Shown here in pieces: positions 30,772 to 41,700 of a stretch of 64,000 nt of DNA (positions are counted from its first letter, which is position 1; the number at the start of each line of letters is the position of its first letter). This DNA is from an uncultured Verrucomicrobiae bacterium (GTDB lineage: Bacteria; Verrucomicrobiota; Verrucomicrobiia; Limisphaerales; JAFGQR01), in contig CAWBHS010000110.1 in NCBI GenBank assembly GCA_963788655.1, positions 1 to 64,000 of the forward strand, read 5' to 3'. The notes beneath the pieces were generated by a model. That model ran no database searches, was not told where the DNA came from, and worked only from the letters and a program-made list of their open reading frames with translations. The position numbers and the translations under genes are program-made.

Positions 30772-33363
30772 ATGAAACCTCAACTATTCAGCGTGATTGG
30801 AGCCAGCCTCGCAGTCTTGGGGATGGCTTTCGGGACTGGATGCGAGGGGGACGAATTGACATCCAGCGTTCCGGTTTATCGTTCGGCGGCCCCGGTTCCC
30901 GAGACGGCGGCAGCAACTCCCACAGCGGCGGAAACTCCACCAAGTGCCGTGGTGGAATCCACCCCCGTCGTTGAAACCGCCGCCGAGGAATCGGCGCCTG
31001 CGATTCAACCAACCAGTCCCCTTTCCTCAGAAGCGGCCCCAACCGTGGTAGCTCCCATGACAGCCCCCGCAGTGGCCGCCACCGGCGCCACGAATGAACC
31101 CGGCACCAACCTGGCCGCCCAGGTGGTGCAACCGGCCGTGATCCCTCCCAAGCTGGAGGTAACCCCGGCATTGGAAGAATTGATCAAAATGGTGCAGGCC
31201 GGCGTGAAAGAAGACGTGTTGCTCAGCTACCTTGAAAACTCGACCAATATTTTCAATGTCGGCGCGGATGAAATCATTTATTTGAATGACTTGGGCGTGC
31301 CCAGTCCGGTGATCACCCGCTTGATCGAGCAGGATGCTTCGCCGGGCAGTGTCGCCCGCAAACAAGCGGCAAACGCCGTCAAACCGCTTCCTCGCGAACT
31401 GGTGCTCAAGCAACCCGCCACCAATGTTTATCCTTCGAAAGCCGCTCCGCCGCCGCCCGCAAATACTCCGCCAGAAGAGGCGCCTGTCTATGCCAGTGAG
31501 CCTCCGCAATACGCCGTTACCCCGGGAGCAGAAGTGCCGGCCGACACCACGTATTTCTATGGCGCGCTGGCGCCGTACGGCAACTGGGTCCAAGTGCCGG
31601 ATTATGGACTGTGCTGGCAGCCAACCGTGGCGCTGGCGAATCCCTCCTGGCGACCTTACTCGGATAACGGCCGCTGGTACTGGACCGACCGCGGTTGGTA
31701 TTGGTATTCGTACTATTCCTGGGGCTGGGCGCCATTCCACTATGGCCGCTGGTGCCAACCCACCGGACTTGGCTGGATTTGGGTACCCGACGATTACTGG
31801 GGTCCGGCCTGGGTGACTTGGCGCTACACGCCATACTACTGCGGTTGGGCGCCCTTGCCACCGCGCTGTTACTATGTGGACGGATTCGGACTCTATTACG
31901 GTAGCGCTTCCGTGGGCCTGGGTTTCAGCTTCGGTTTTGGCGCCGACTATTATTCCTTCATCCACTGGAACTACTTCTGCGACCCGCACCCGCATCATTA
32001 TTATGTGCGGCACGATCGCGCCCTTGCCATTTTCAGAGATTCGAAGTGCATCAACGATTACGGGCGCGGTGACCGAGTGTTTAACCGGGGCGTCGGCTTG
32101 GACCGTGCGGCTCGATTGTCGCGCAGCCAAATCCGCGAAGTCAGTATTCGCGAAGCGCCGATGACATCGCGCAGCGGAGCGCGGCGGGAGCAATTGGTCC
32201 ATGATGGTTCGCGCTCGCTCCTGGTGCATGACACGTTGCCCCCGTCCGTGAAAGCCGGCGGACAGATTCCCGGCCGAAAGACCTTCTCGCGTGGTTCGAC
32301 GGCCGCTTCGATTAATGCTAATGCGACCTCACGCGCCACCCGCGCCGCGCCACCGGCTGCGTCCAGATCCATGGAACGTCAAGGGACGTCGTCCGCTCTC
32401 ACCGCGTCGCCTTCGCGCCGCGAACCGGGAACGGCAGAGCGTTCAACACCGCGCGCCCAACCGCGCACGGCTCCCCGCGCCGCCAATGCGACCGTGGCTG
32501 AATCCCCATCCGCAGCCGATCGCACCACGCGCGCCGCGCCCTTGACTTCGCCGCGCTCCACAGGCACTGCGCCACCCTCGGCCCGTTTTCGAACCGAGGA
32601 TCGATCCTCCCCGACGCGCCAATCCACCCGCAGCGTCGAGGTCAGCCGACCGGCATCGCGCGACAGCGCGCCGCCTCCGACGTTCAGAAATAATCGAGTG
32701 CCCGGTCCCCGGAGCGAAGCGCCGGCGTCGCCCACCGCCACGCCGCAGTCACCATCCCGACGGCAACTGATGGAGAGTACCCTGGCGCATCCCGCGCCCA
32801 CGACGAGCTTTTCGGCACTCGACCGGTCGCAACCGGTGCAACGGAGTGTCCCCTCGGCCGCGCGGACTTCTCGTTCCTTGAATCCTCCGCCACCGCAGTA
32901 CCGCTCGGACATGTATCGCAGCTATGCGGACGCGCCCAGTAGCTCGCGATCGCCCGTGCCCAGCGTACGAAGGGAATCGCCGACCATCAACCGGTCCGTG
33001 CCCTCCGCACCACGGGTAAATACTCGGCAACCGTTTAGCTTCAATTCCTACACGGCGCCGAAGTCGTCCACGCCGAGCTATCGGGCCAGCCCTAGTCCGG
33101 CGCCATCAAGTCGGTCGGTCCAACCCTCCGTGCGTTCATCAAGCCCACCGCGGTCCATCATGCGATCGGCGCCGGCAGTGCGTTCAGCCCCCTCAGTCCG
33201 ATCCGCGCCGGCGGTTCGGTCCGCGCCGTCCAGGCCCTCCTTCCAACGATCTGCGCCCACCCGTTCGGCTCCGGTCACGCGAAGCTCTCCGCCGGCTCGA
33301 AGTTCGCGTTCGTCGTCCCCGGCGCCCAGTCAGCGTTCCTCCCGTTCCGGGCGCGAGCGGTAG
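30772..33363 (+). CDS. Putative lipoprotein with Trp/Tyr-rich DUF6600-like domain and long S/R/P/A disordered tail
   Basis: Lipobox-like GTGC; FYGALAPYGNW, WRPY, WGWAPFHYGRW, WGPAWV, GWAPLPP. Confidence 0.8.
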   Translation: MKPQLFSVIGASLAVLGMAFGTGCEGDELTSSVPVYRSAAPVPETAAATPTAAETPPSAVVESTPVVETAAEESAPAIQPTSPLSSEAAPTVVAPMTAPAVAATGATNEPGTNLAAQVVQPAVIPPKLEVTPALEELIKMVQAGVKEDVLLSYLENSTNIFNVGADEIIYLNDLGVPSPVITRLIEQDASPGSVARKQAANAVKPLPRELVLKQPATNVYPSKAAPPPPANTPPEEAPVYASEPPQYAVTPGAEVPADTTYFYGALAPYGNWVQVPDYGLCWQPTVALANPSWRPYSDNGRWYWTDRGWYWYSYYSWGWAPFHYGRWCQPTGLGWIWVPDDYWGPAWVTWRYTPYYCGWAPLPPRCYYVDGFGLYYGSASVGLGFSFGFGADYYSFIHWNYFCDPHPHHYYVRHDRALAIFRDSKCINDYGRGDRVFNRGVGLDRAARLSRSQIREVSIREAPMTSRSGARREQLVHDGSRSLLVHDTLPPSVKAGGQIPGRKTFSRGSTAASINANATSRATRAAPPAASRSMERQGTSSALTASPSRREPGTAERSTPRAQPRTAPRAANATVAESPSAADRTTRAAPLTSPRSTGTAPPSARFRTEDRSSPTRQSTRSVEVSRPASRDSAPPPTFRNNRVPGPRSEAPASPTATPQSPSRRQLMESTLAHPAPTTSFSALDRSQPVQRSVPSAARTSRSLNPPPPQYRSDMYRSYADAPSSSRSPVPSVRRESPTINRSVPSAPRVNTRQPFSFNSYTAPKSSTPSYRASPSPAPSSRSVQPSVRSSSPPRSIMRSAPAVRSAPSVRSAPAVRSAPSRPSFQRSAPTRSAPVTRSSPPARSSRSSSPAPSQRSSRSGRER

Positions 33364-33406
33364 GATGGCCTTAAATCCATAACCCTAAAACGCAGGTGGT
33401 AGTTTT

Positions 33407-34399
33407 GTGAGCATGATTTCATTTGTCTTCAATAATCGCGGGCGCTGGCAAGTCGGATGCACCGTGGCGGCTTGGTGGCTAATGGCCCATTTCGCCACCG
33501 CTGCCACTCCCACCGTGCTTTACCAGACCAGCTTTGAAGCAGAACAAGGATATTCCGCCGGGGAAGCCTTGGAAGGGCAGGACGAATGGGTCGGCTGGGG
33601 GGAGGACCAGTATGTAGGGGAAAATGGTATTACGACCGGAGTGTTTTCCGACTTTGGCCAACAGGCCTATATCGGCGGTTCGTTGGACGCGATTGGCACC
33701 AATTACTATTATGTATTACGTCCATTGGGTTTCGAATCGGTGCCCGCAGAATACAGTTCGCTTCACTTCTCGGGTACTGATGAGCATTTCTGACTCGTCG
33801 AATGGCTATTGGGATGACTTTCACTGGGGCGTATATAACGTCGATGATGAATTTCTCTTCGAGCCTGGATTTCGACAATTATTACTTGGGAGATTTACTA
33901 TTGGCTGCAAGATGCCACGGAGGGAGTGTATACCGGGCGTCACCTTCACCAACGACGTGATTTACCAACTCCAGATTACGATGGACTTTACCCAAAACCG
34001 CTGGAGTGCCACTCTTGACGATCAATTGTTGGCGACCAATCAACCGATCACCACCGGGAGTTCTGCCTTGAACCTGGCGGACATCGATGCCGGCTGGGAG
34101 GTGATATGATCAAGGATTCCCCGGACGATAACGTCATGTACTTTGATGATTACCAAGTGCTTGGTGAATCCATTATTCCTCCAGTTTTCTCCAACGTGAG
34201 CAAGTCGCCGCAAGGTAATTTTGAAGCCCAAGTGACCGGGCAACCGGGACGGAATTATGCGATCGAGATTACTCAAGATTTCCAGAGTTGGACCCCAATC
34301 GCGACCAACACCGCTAATGTCCACGGGACCTTTGACTTTGTGGACCGCACCACCATCAATACAAGTAGCCGCTTGTATCGGGCCCGGTTATTGCCCTGA
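33407..34399 (+). CDS. Secreted hypothetical protein with conserved C-terminal tail; several frameshifts
   Basis: ORFs 33407..33793, 33624..34109 and 34106..34399 join; tail YAIEITQDFQSW...FVD...LYRARLLP. Confidence 0.65.
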
Positions 34400-34525
34400 C
34401 CCAACTTGTTCATCACCCCACTTGAATTCCTCCCCGGAGCAAGAAACTTGCGTTGCCCGGTTGGGTCGTTACCATGCTCCCCGCACATTGAAACTCAACA
34501 AACGGAAACGGAAACAGAGCAACCT

Positions 34526-35041
34526 ATGATGATCAGCAACGATATGAACGCCGCGATCAACCAGCAGATCGGGGCCGAATTTGGGGCCAGTTTGCAATAT
34601 GTGGCGATGGCATCCTACTTCCAGGTGGAAAGCTATCCGGTCCTGGCCGCCCATTTTTTCAAACAGAGCGCGGAAGAGCGCGATCATGCCATGCGGTTCG
34701 TGCGCTACGTGTTGGACGCCGGCGGGCACATTCAAATCCCCGACATTCCGGCCCCCAAGAACGATTTCAAGAGCGCCGATGAAGCCGTGGCGCTGGCGCT
34801 CGATTGGGAAAAGAATGTCACCACCATGATCAATAATTTGGTCGGCCTGGCCATCAAGGAAACGGATTACCTGACGCAAAACATGCTCGGCTGGTTCGTC
34901 AACGAACAGCTCGAGGAAGTGTCGAGCATGGACAACCTGTTGAAACTGGTGCGGCGCGCCGGCGAAAAGAACCTGTTCTACGTGGAGAACTATTTGTCCC
35001 ACCAATCCCCGGCCCCGGCTCCCGGCGCTGGCCCAGGCTGA
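34526..35041 (+). CDS. Non-haem ferritin
   Basis: INQQIGAE, QSAEERDHAM, LDWEKNVT, WFVNEQLEE. Confidence 0.92.
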   Translation: MMISNDMNAAINQQIGAEFGASLQYVAMASYFQVESYPVLAAHFFKQSAEERDHAMRFVRYVLDAGGHIQIPDIPAPKNDFKSADEAVALALDWEKNVTTMINNLVGLAIKETDYLTQNMLGWFVNEQLEEVSSMDNLLKLVRRAGEKNLFYVENYLSHQSPAPAPGAGPG

Positions 35042-35067
35042 ACCCCGCCCAATGTCCTTCGCGTTCC

Positions 35068-35676
35068 GTGGGCATTTCACCGCGCCAGTTTGAAGCATTG
35101 CAGCAACGCCTGCGGGGCGCCAAGGCCACCGGGAGAACTGCCCGGAAGCCCCCGTCCACTTCGTCCCCGGCGCGGCATCGGATTATCCTGGGGGTTGATC
35201 CCTCGTTGCGCGGTACCGGCTACGGCATTATTCAGTTGGCCAAACCTTCGCCCACCGTGCTGGGGGAAGGCACGATCCGTTGTCCGGCCAACTGGGAGCG
35301 GTCCCGCTGTCTGCTGAAGATTGCCGAAACCCTTCGGGAAATCCTCCGGCAGCACCAGCCGACAGTGTGCGTCATCGAAGGATTGTTCTACGCCCAAAAC
35401 CTGCAGACCGCCCTGATCATGGGCGAGGCGCGCGGGGCGAGCCTGGTGGCGGTGGCCGAAGCGGGCCTGGACATTTTTGAGATCGCCCCGCGCAAAGTCA
35501 AACAAGCCATTGTTGGCTACGGCGCCGCCCAAAAACTGGCGGTTGCCAAGATGGTGCAACGTCTGTTGAGCATGGAGAAAATACCTCAGCCCGACGCGGC
35601 GGACGCCTTGGCCTTGGCCCTGACCTACGCGCAAGAAACCGGCCGTTACGCGCTGCCCGCACTCAAAAAGATTTGA
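35068..35676 (+). CDS. ruvC: Holliday junction resolvase
   Basis: ILGVDPSLRGTGYG, VIEGLF, GEARG, VKQAIVGYGAAQK, DAADALALA. Confidence 0.95.
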   Translation: MGISPRQFEALQQRLRGAKATGRTARKPPSTSSPARHRIILGVDPSLRGTGYGIIQLAKPSPTVLGEGTIRCPANWERSRCLLKIAETLREILRQHQPTVCVIEGLFYAQNLQTALIMGEARGASLVAVAEAGLDIFEIAPRKVKQAIVGYGAAQKLAVAKMVQRLLSMEKIPQPDAADALALALTYAQETGRYALPALKKI

Positions 35677-35778
35677 GCGCCGGAGCCGCGCTTTTTCCGA
35701 ATTGTTCCCGCTCCCGCTTGCCCCGTCGTTGCACATTTTGCATGGCAACTCATTTCCGACCGTGGATAATACCCGGCG

Positions 35779-36387
35779 ATGATCAGCTTTTTGCACGGTC
35801 AATTGGTCGAAGCGTTGCCTACGCAAGTCACGGTGGAAGTCCACGGCGTGGGCTACGACGTGTTGATCCCGCTTTCCTCGTTCGACAAGCTGCCGGCGCC
35901 GGGCACCGAAATCAAATTGCTGACCCATCTGAGTGTGCGCGAAGACGCCCACGTTCTTTACGGCTTCATGACCACCGCCGAACGGGAGCTCTTTCGCCTG
36001 CTCATCAACGCCGTCAGCGGTATTGGCCCCAAGCTCGCCCTGAACGTCCTGAGCGGCATGAACCCGACCGCCTTCCGCGGTGCCGTGGCGCGTGGCGATG
36101 TCAAAGCGCTTTCGCAAATCTCCGGTGTGGGCAAGAAGACCGCCGAACGGATTGTCGTCGAGCTCAAAGACAAGATCGGCGTGGTCGGTGCCTGGGAAGC
36201 GTCCAGTGCCGAGCGCGGCTTGTCGGCCGAAGACCAAAAACTCAATGACGCCGTGCTGGCTTTGATGGCGCTGGGCTTCAAACAGATTGAGGCCCATGAC
36301 GCCGTCCGCGGCGCCCAGGCCTTGCTGGGATCCCAGGCCACCATCGAAGACTTGGTGCGGTCGTGTTTGAAGAAAGGCGGCGGATGA
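35779..36387 (+). CDS. ruvA: Holliday junction branch-migration protein
   Basis: MISFLHG, VHGVGY, VREDAHVLYGF, VSGIGPK, GVGKKTAERIVVELKDK. Confidence 0.97.
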   Translation: MISFLHGQLVEALPTQVTVEVHGVGYDVLIPLSSFDKLPAPGTEIKLLTHLSVREDAHVLYGFMTTAERELFRLLINAVSGIGPKLALNVLSGMNPTAFRGAVARGDVKALSQISGVGKKTAERIVVELKDKIGVVGAWEASSAERGLSAEDQKLNDAVLALMALGFKQIEAHDAVRGAQALLGSQATIEDLVRSCLKKGGG

Positions 36388-37094
36388 CTGTGGAGCCCGC
36401 CTCGCCTCCACCTCGACCCGCGCGCCGAAGCAGCATTGTGGTGCCGCACAAGCTCAACTGGCAAAAGCGGGTGACAGCTTCGTTCGCCTATTACCTGATG
36501 CGCCTCGTCGCTGCCACGTTGCGGTACGAATGGAATTATCATCCCGCGGTTTTTGAACGACAGTCCAGCCCGGCGATTTTTTGTATCTGGCACAATCGGC
36601 TGGCAATAGCCCTGACCATTTACCGTGATTACGTACGCCGCCGCCGAGGCCCGTACCAAATGGCCGCCATGGTCAGCGCCAGCAAGGATGGCGCAATCGT
36701 GGCCCGAATTCTGGAGCACTTCCACGTGGTACCCGTGCGGGGTTCCTCCAGCCGCCGCGGCCCGCAAGCGTTGTTGGAAATGACCACCTGGGCCGAACGT
36801 GGATATGACCTATCCTTCACGCCCGACGGCCCGCGAGGTCCGCGTTACCAGGTGCAGGATGGAGTGATTTACCTCGCCCAGTTGACAGGGCGGCCGGTCA
36901 TTCCCGTTTCGTGTTACACGCATTGGAAGAAATGCGCGCCCAGTTGGGACGGATTCCAAATTCCGCTGCCGCTGAGCCGGGTCGAGGTCCGGTTGGGCGA
37001 ACCGATGCACTTATCGCGAGCAGCCACCGACCGCGACCGCGAGGCGTTCCGTCAGCAGCTCGAGCAAACGCTGAAACAGCTCGGGAGGGATTGA
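36384..37094 (+). CDS. Lysophospholipid acyltransferase family protein (DUF374)
   Basis: WHNR, SASKDG, VRGSSSRRG, TPDGPRGP, SWDGFQIP. Confidence 0.88.
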   Translation: MTVEPASPPPRPARRSSIVVPHKLNWQKRVTASFAYYLMRLVAATLRYEWNYHPAVFERQSSPAIFCIWHNRLAIALTIYRDYVRRRRGPYQMAAMVSASKDGAIVARILEHFHVVPVRGSSSRRGPQALLEMTTWAERGYDLSFTPDGPRGPRYQVQDGVIYLAQLTGRPVIPVSCYTHWKKCAPSWDGFQIPLPLSRVEVRLGEPMHLSRAATDRDREAFRQQLEQTLKQLGRD

Positions 37095-37298
37095 GCCCCA
37101 CAGTGCCGCTTTGACGCATAGCACCAAGAACTTAGGCTTGACGCGAGGGACCGCGGCGTGCCATGCTGGTGACGTTCCCGGGTTTTTGGGAAATGCGCAG
37201 TTTCTTCTTTTCTATTGTCATTGGATTGAAGGTTTGGAGGACAGGAAGTCCCGACGGACAAGCAAATGGTCAGGCCGCCCCTGCAGAAGAGAGTGCTG

Positions 37299-38391
37299 AT
37301 GTCGAAACAACCCCATTCAACGCCAATTGCGCGCTGCAAAACGAGCGCTGCGAGTTCGCGGCGGACCATTTGTGTGCCGCCCGCCAAGCTGTCCATTAAA
37401 CCATTCCTCACCACCCCAACCCTGATCGCAGAATATCGAAAGCTGACGCGCGACCGTCTGGCCGCTTTTCCCGCGCTCTTCAACCGACTCACGGGCCTCA
37501 AATGTTCGCTGGCATGGGCACCGGCCTGGCCGTATCCCTGGAGCGCACAGGACTTGCCTACGCGCTCACCATGGTGCCGGCAGTTAACCGCCGGGAACGC
37601 CAAGGTTCTGGCGCACTGCCGCCGCTGCCGCACCCAACATCTGGCGACAACCCTGCGCTCCGGAGCCGCGGGCCACCGGTTCACTTGCCCTTACGGCGTC
37701 CACAATTTCTGGTTTCCGGTCACCATCGGCAGTTGCTTGGTCGGCCTTGCGTCCGTCCAGGCACGGGATCATGCTTGGTCCCAAGGGATGCCGCTCGCTG
37801 CCATGGGGGGAGCAGCAGGGCTCGATCGCTCGAAATTCGAACAGGCCGCCAAACTGTTACGGCTTATTTTCCAGCACGTGCAAACCTTGGTGGTTGCGGA
37901 TTTGAAGGAGTTGGGCCTGACCAAGACGCATCAGGCGTTGGCGGAGTTGCCGGCCGTTTCGACGCAAATTCGCGTCGAACTCGATGCTCTCCGGCCGGCG
38001 TTTCACATAACGCCTCCCGGGCTCCGGTCTGCGACCAATGCCGAACGAATGGTCAAAGCCGGTACTGGGGCGTGTCTATCAAGATTATGCACAGCCGCTC
38101 ACGCTCAAGCAATTCGCGGTGGACGCGGATTTGAACGCCGCGTATTTGTCGGCACTGTTTTCGTGCATCATTGGGATGCCGTTTAAAGTCTTGCTCACCC
38201 GGGTCCGGATGGAGAAAGCCATGGAACTGCTCAGCGATCCGCAGAAAACCCTGACCTCCGTCGCCCTTGCCGTCGGCTACTCCAGCGAGAATCGTTTTCG
38301 GCTGGTCTTCCGCAAATTCACCGGGCTCTCGCCCAAAGTGTGGCGCGAGACGCAGCGGAGAGAGCCGCCCGATCAGCCCGGTTCGATTTGA
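37299..38391 (+). CDS. AraC-family regulator with PocR-like sensor domain; frameshift ~38060
   Basis: FTCPYGVH...PV; C-terminal AYLSALF...RMEKAMELL...VALAVGY...FRKFTGLSP. Confidence 0.85.
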
Positions 38392-38778
38392 CGTTCCCTG
38401 TTTTGGGTGGCCCACAGACTTCCCGTTGTCCCTGTTGGGTGCCGGTTCGAACTTTTGCGTCCTTCCTCTCTGTTTCCGCGCTCAAATCCAAACAAACGAC
38501 TAGTTTTCCAAACTATCGCCCGTTGCGCCGGAAGGTTTGAGCATGGAAGAGTCTGCCTGTGAATCCTCTTATTCCGCGGAAGCGTCCGAAGGCGCGTTGC
38601 CCTCTGAAGCTAGCCGTATGGTCGAGATGCCATCTGGACAACTCAACTCCAGCGGTGGCAATGGAACAGCAAATCAGAAGGCGGGGCGGCCAATCCTCTT
38701 CTTCACTGCAAAGAAGTACTCCCGGCGTCCTTTCGCCCGGCGCTTTACTTTCGAACCCAATCCCATCCTAGCAATTCT

Positions 38779-41700
38779 ATGAAACCAACAATCCTCAAAC
38801 GTTTGGCGCTGTCCGCTTTACTTGCCATGCTGCTTTCCGCGACCGGCTCCGGCCTGCGTGCAGCTACCATCACTGTGTCCAGCGCCGCCGACAGCGGGCC
38901 CGGATCGCTGCGGGCCGCGATTGCCAGCGCGGTGGCTGGCGACACGATTGTCTGTGCCGTTACCGAGCCGGTCATCGTGAGCACGGTGGGCGACAACACG
39001 TATGGCCCTTCCGCGTTCGCAGTCACCAAAACGCTGACCATTGAAGGCGAGGGCGCCACCATCCAACGGGATGCGGGCGTGGCGAACTTGCGCCTGTTCT
39101 ATGTGAGCGCCAATGGGAATCTCACGTTGCGGAATGTAACGTTGCGGGATGGTCGGGCTCAAGGCGGCAAGGGTGGTGACTTCTATCAACGGGGTGGCGG
39201 AGGTAGGAGGAGCGGCTGGCCTGGGTGGGGCCATCTTTAACCGGGGCACTCTGGCATTGGAGAACTCCACACTCGACGCCAATAGAGCGACCGGCGGAAA
39301 CGGTGGCACAAGTGCCGGCGTGGGTGGTATCGGCGGCGGAGGTGGCGGGGGTGGATTATCCTGTAGTGGCGGCACCCAGACGGAGCCCTACGAAAGCTAC
39401 CGTGGTGGGAATGGCGGCGGGCCGAACGGCGGCGCAGCAAGCCCCGACGCGGGCGGCGCGGGCGGCATCGGCGGTGGCGGTGCGGGTGGATATACGCATG
39501 GGTACGCAGGAGGAGCAGGAGGGTTTGGCGGGGGTGGCGGTGGTGGAGGAGGCTATGGCACAGGCTCGGGTGGCAGAGGAGGATTTGGGGCGGGCGGCGG
39601 CGGGGCTGGTGGTGGTTCCGCTGACGGCGCGGTACCGGGGGTTGGCGGCTTTGGCGGCGGTAGCGGCGCTCTGGGTGAAAACGGCGGTAATATCGGTGGT
39701 CCCGGCGGCGGTGGCGCGGGTTTAGGCGGCGCTGTTTTCAATGACGCTGGAACGCTGACAATCATCAACAGCACCATCTCCGGCAATACGGTCCAAGGAG
39801 GCAACGGAGGCGTAAATCTCAACACTGCGGGCGCCGGTGCTGGTTTCGGGGCGGGCGTCTTTAACCGTGATGGCACGGTCACGATCCTGAATAGCACGTT
39901 CGCGAACAACACGGTGGCCGCCGGCACCGGGGGTGCGCCGACCCAAAACGGAGGTGCGATCTACAACCTCCGCCAATCCGCCGCTGGAAACTTGGTGCTG
40001 AACAATTCGATCTTGGCCAACAGCTTCGGCGGCAACGATGTCTTCAATAACAGCGGTACGGTCACCGGCGATTCCAACTTGGTTGAAACCAGTAGCGGTT
40101 TGCCGGGCGGAGTGGTGGGCCTGACCAGTGATCCCGCGCTCGGTCCGTTGCAGAACAACAGCGGACCATCGTTCACGCATGCGCTCTTGCCCGGCAGTCC
40201 CGCCATTGATGCCGGCAACGACTCAGCCTGCTCTGACTCCGACCAGCGCGGCATCCCCCGGCCCCGGGACGGCGACGCGGATGGCATTGCCCACTGCGAT
40301 CTCGGGGCTTATGAGGCAGGCTCGGTACAACCCCCGGTCGTCGTCACGGCGGCGGCCGGTGCGATCACCACCAACACCGCCACGCTGAACGGCACGGTCA
40401 ATCCCGGCAGCCTGCCCACCGCCGTCTGGTTCGAGTGGGGCGCGACCACCAGCTACGGCAAAGCGACAACCGTCACCGACATGGGCAGCGGGAATATGCC
40501 GATGCCCATCGCTTTCACCCTGACCGGTTTGACGCCGGGTGCCACCTGCCACTATCGTGCCATCGCCAGCAACAGCCTCGGCGTGGTTCGCGGTTTGGAT
40601 AACAGCTTCCGAGTCTTGCCGAACGCGATGACGCTGACACTGGACGCCATTCCCGACCAGGCTGTCTGGTCGGGCGGCACCAATGAATTCCTCGTGCATT
40701 GGACGGGGATCACGCCGGTAACCTTCACCATCGAGGCCTTCCCGCCACCCAGCGGTAACCTTTCATTGGTGGCTAGATCGGCAAACGACTGGTTCTTCCA
40801 GTATGTTCCGGCTCTTGCAGACAAGGCTCCTTTCACGGTGACGATCACCGCGTCAGCCAGCGGGCAGATTGTTTCGCAGTCTTTTCTTCTCACTCCCCAG
40901 CTCAATCTTCCGCCGGAACAGACCGTTTTTGGGATGGACAGGCATACCCAGCCGGTGGCCGTTACAACTTATGGGATGACGATCTTTGACCGGGAGAGCC
41001 TCCAGCCCGAGCCGTTGAATTATCAAACCGGCACCGTACACAGTGTTCGCATCATTGGCGAGACGGTGGAAATCCAGGCGGGGCATGCCAACGGCCTTTA
41101 CGGGGCGTACTTCAATTCGGACGAAATTCTTGCCCGCCGCGACATCAAGGAGATGGAGATCATCGCCGACCGATTGATCATCCGCAGCCCCGTGCGCCTG
41201 AAACAGACCGACGTGACCATTTACGCGCGGGAATTGCGCTTTGAAGGAGACGGGCGAATCATAACGAGGCCGGAGGAGATCACGACTTCACCGGGAAGCG
41301 ACAACACCGGGGGACTGCTCGGCAAGGATGGATTGAAGGCGGGGAATGTGACCCTGCACATCGGCGCACTGTCATCAGATGCCCTCGGGCTGAGGTTCGA
41401 CCTCACGGGCGGCAGCGGCCAGCAGGGGGGGCCTGGGGAAAACGGCGCCGATGGTTATGATAATCCAAACGGCTGGACGAGCGTTGTTTGCCATGATTAT
41501 ACATATTACTATCCGCCACAAGGCTATCTGGTTATTTACGCTTACGGCAGTTGCGAAGGAGGGATTGACAAGTGGCCTGGCAATGGCACTGATGCGAAGC
41601 CTTCCGGCAAGCCCGGTGAAGGCGGATTCGGCGGCAACATCATTTCCAGTTCCGATGCCGTTGGTTTCTTTGCCAATACGGGTGGGGCCAGCGGCTCGCT

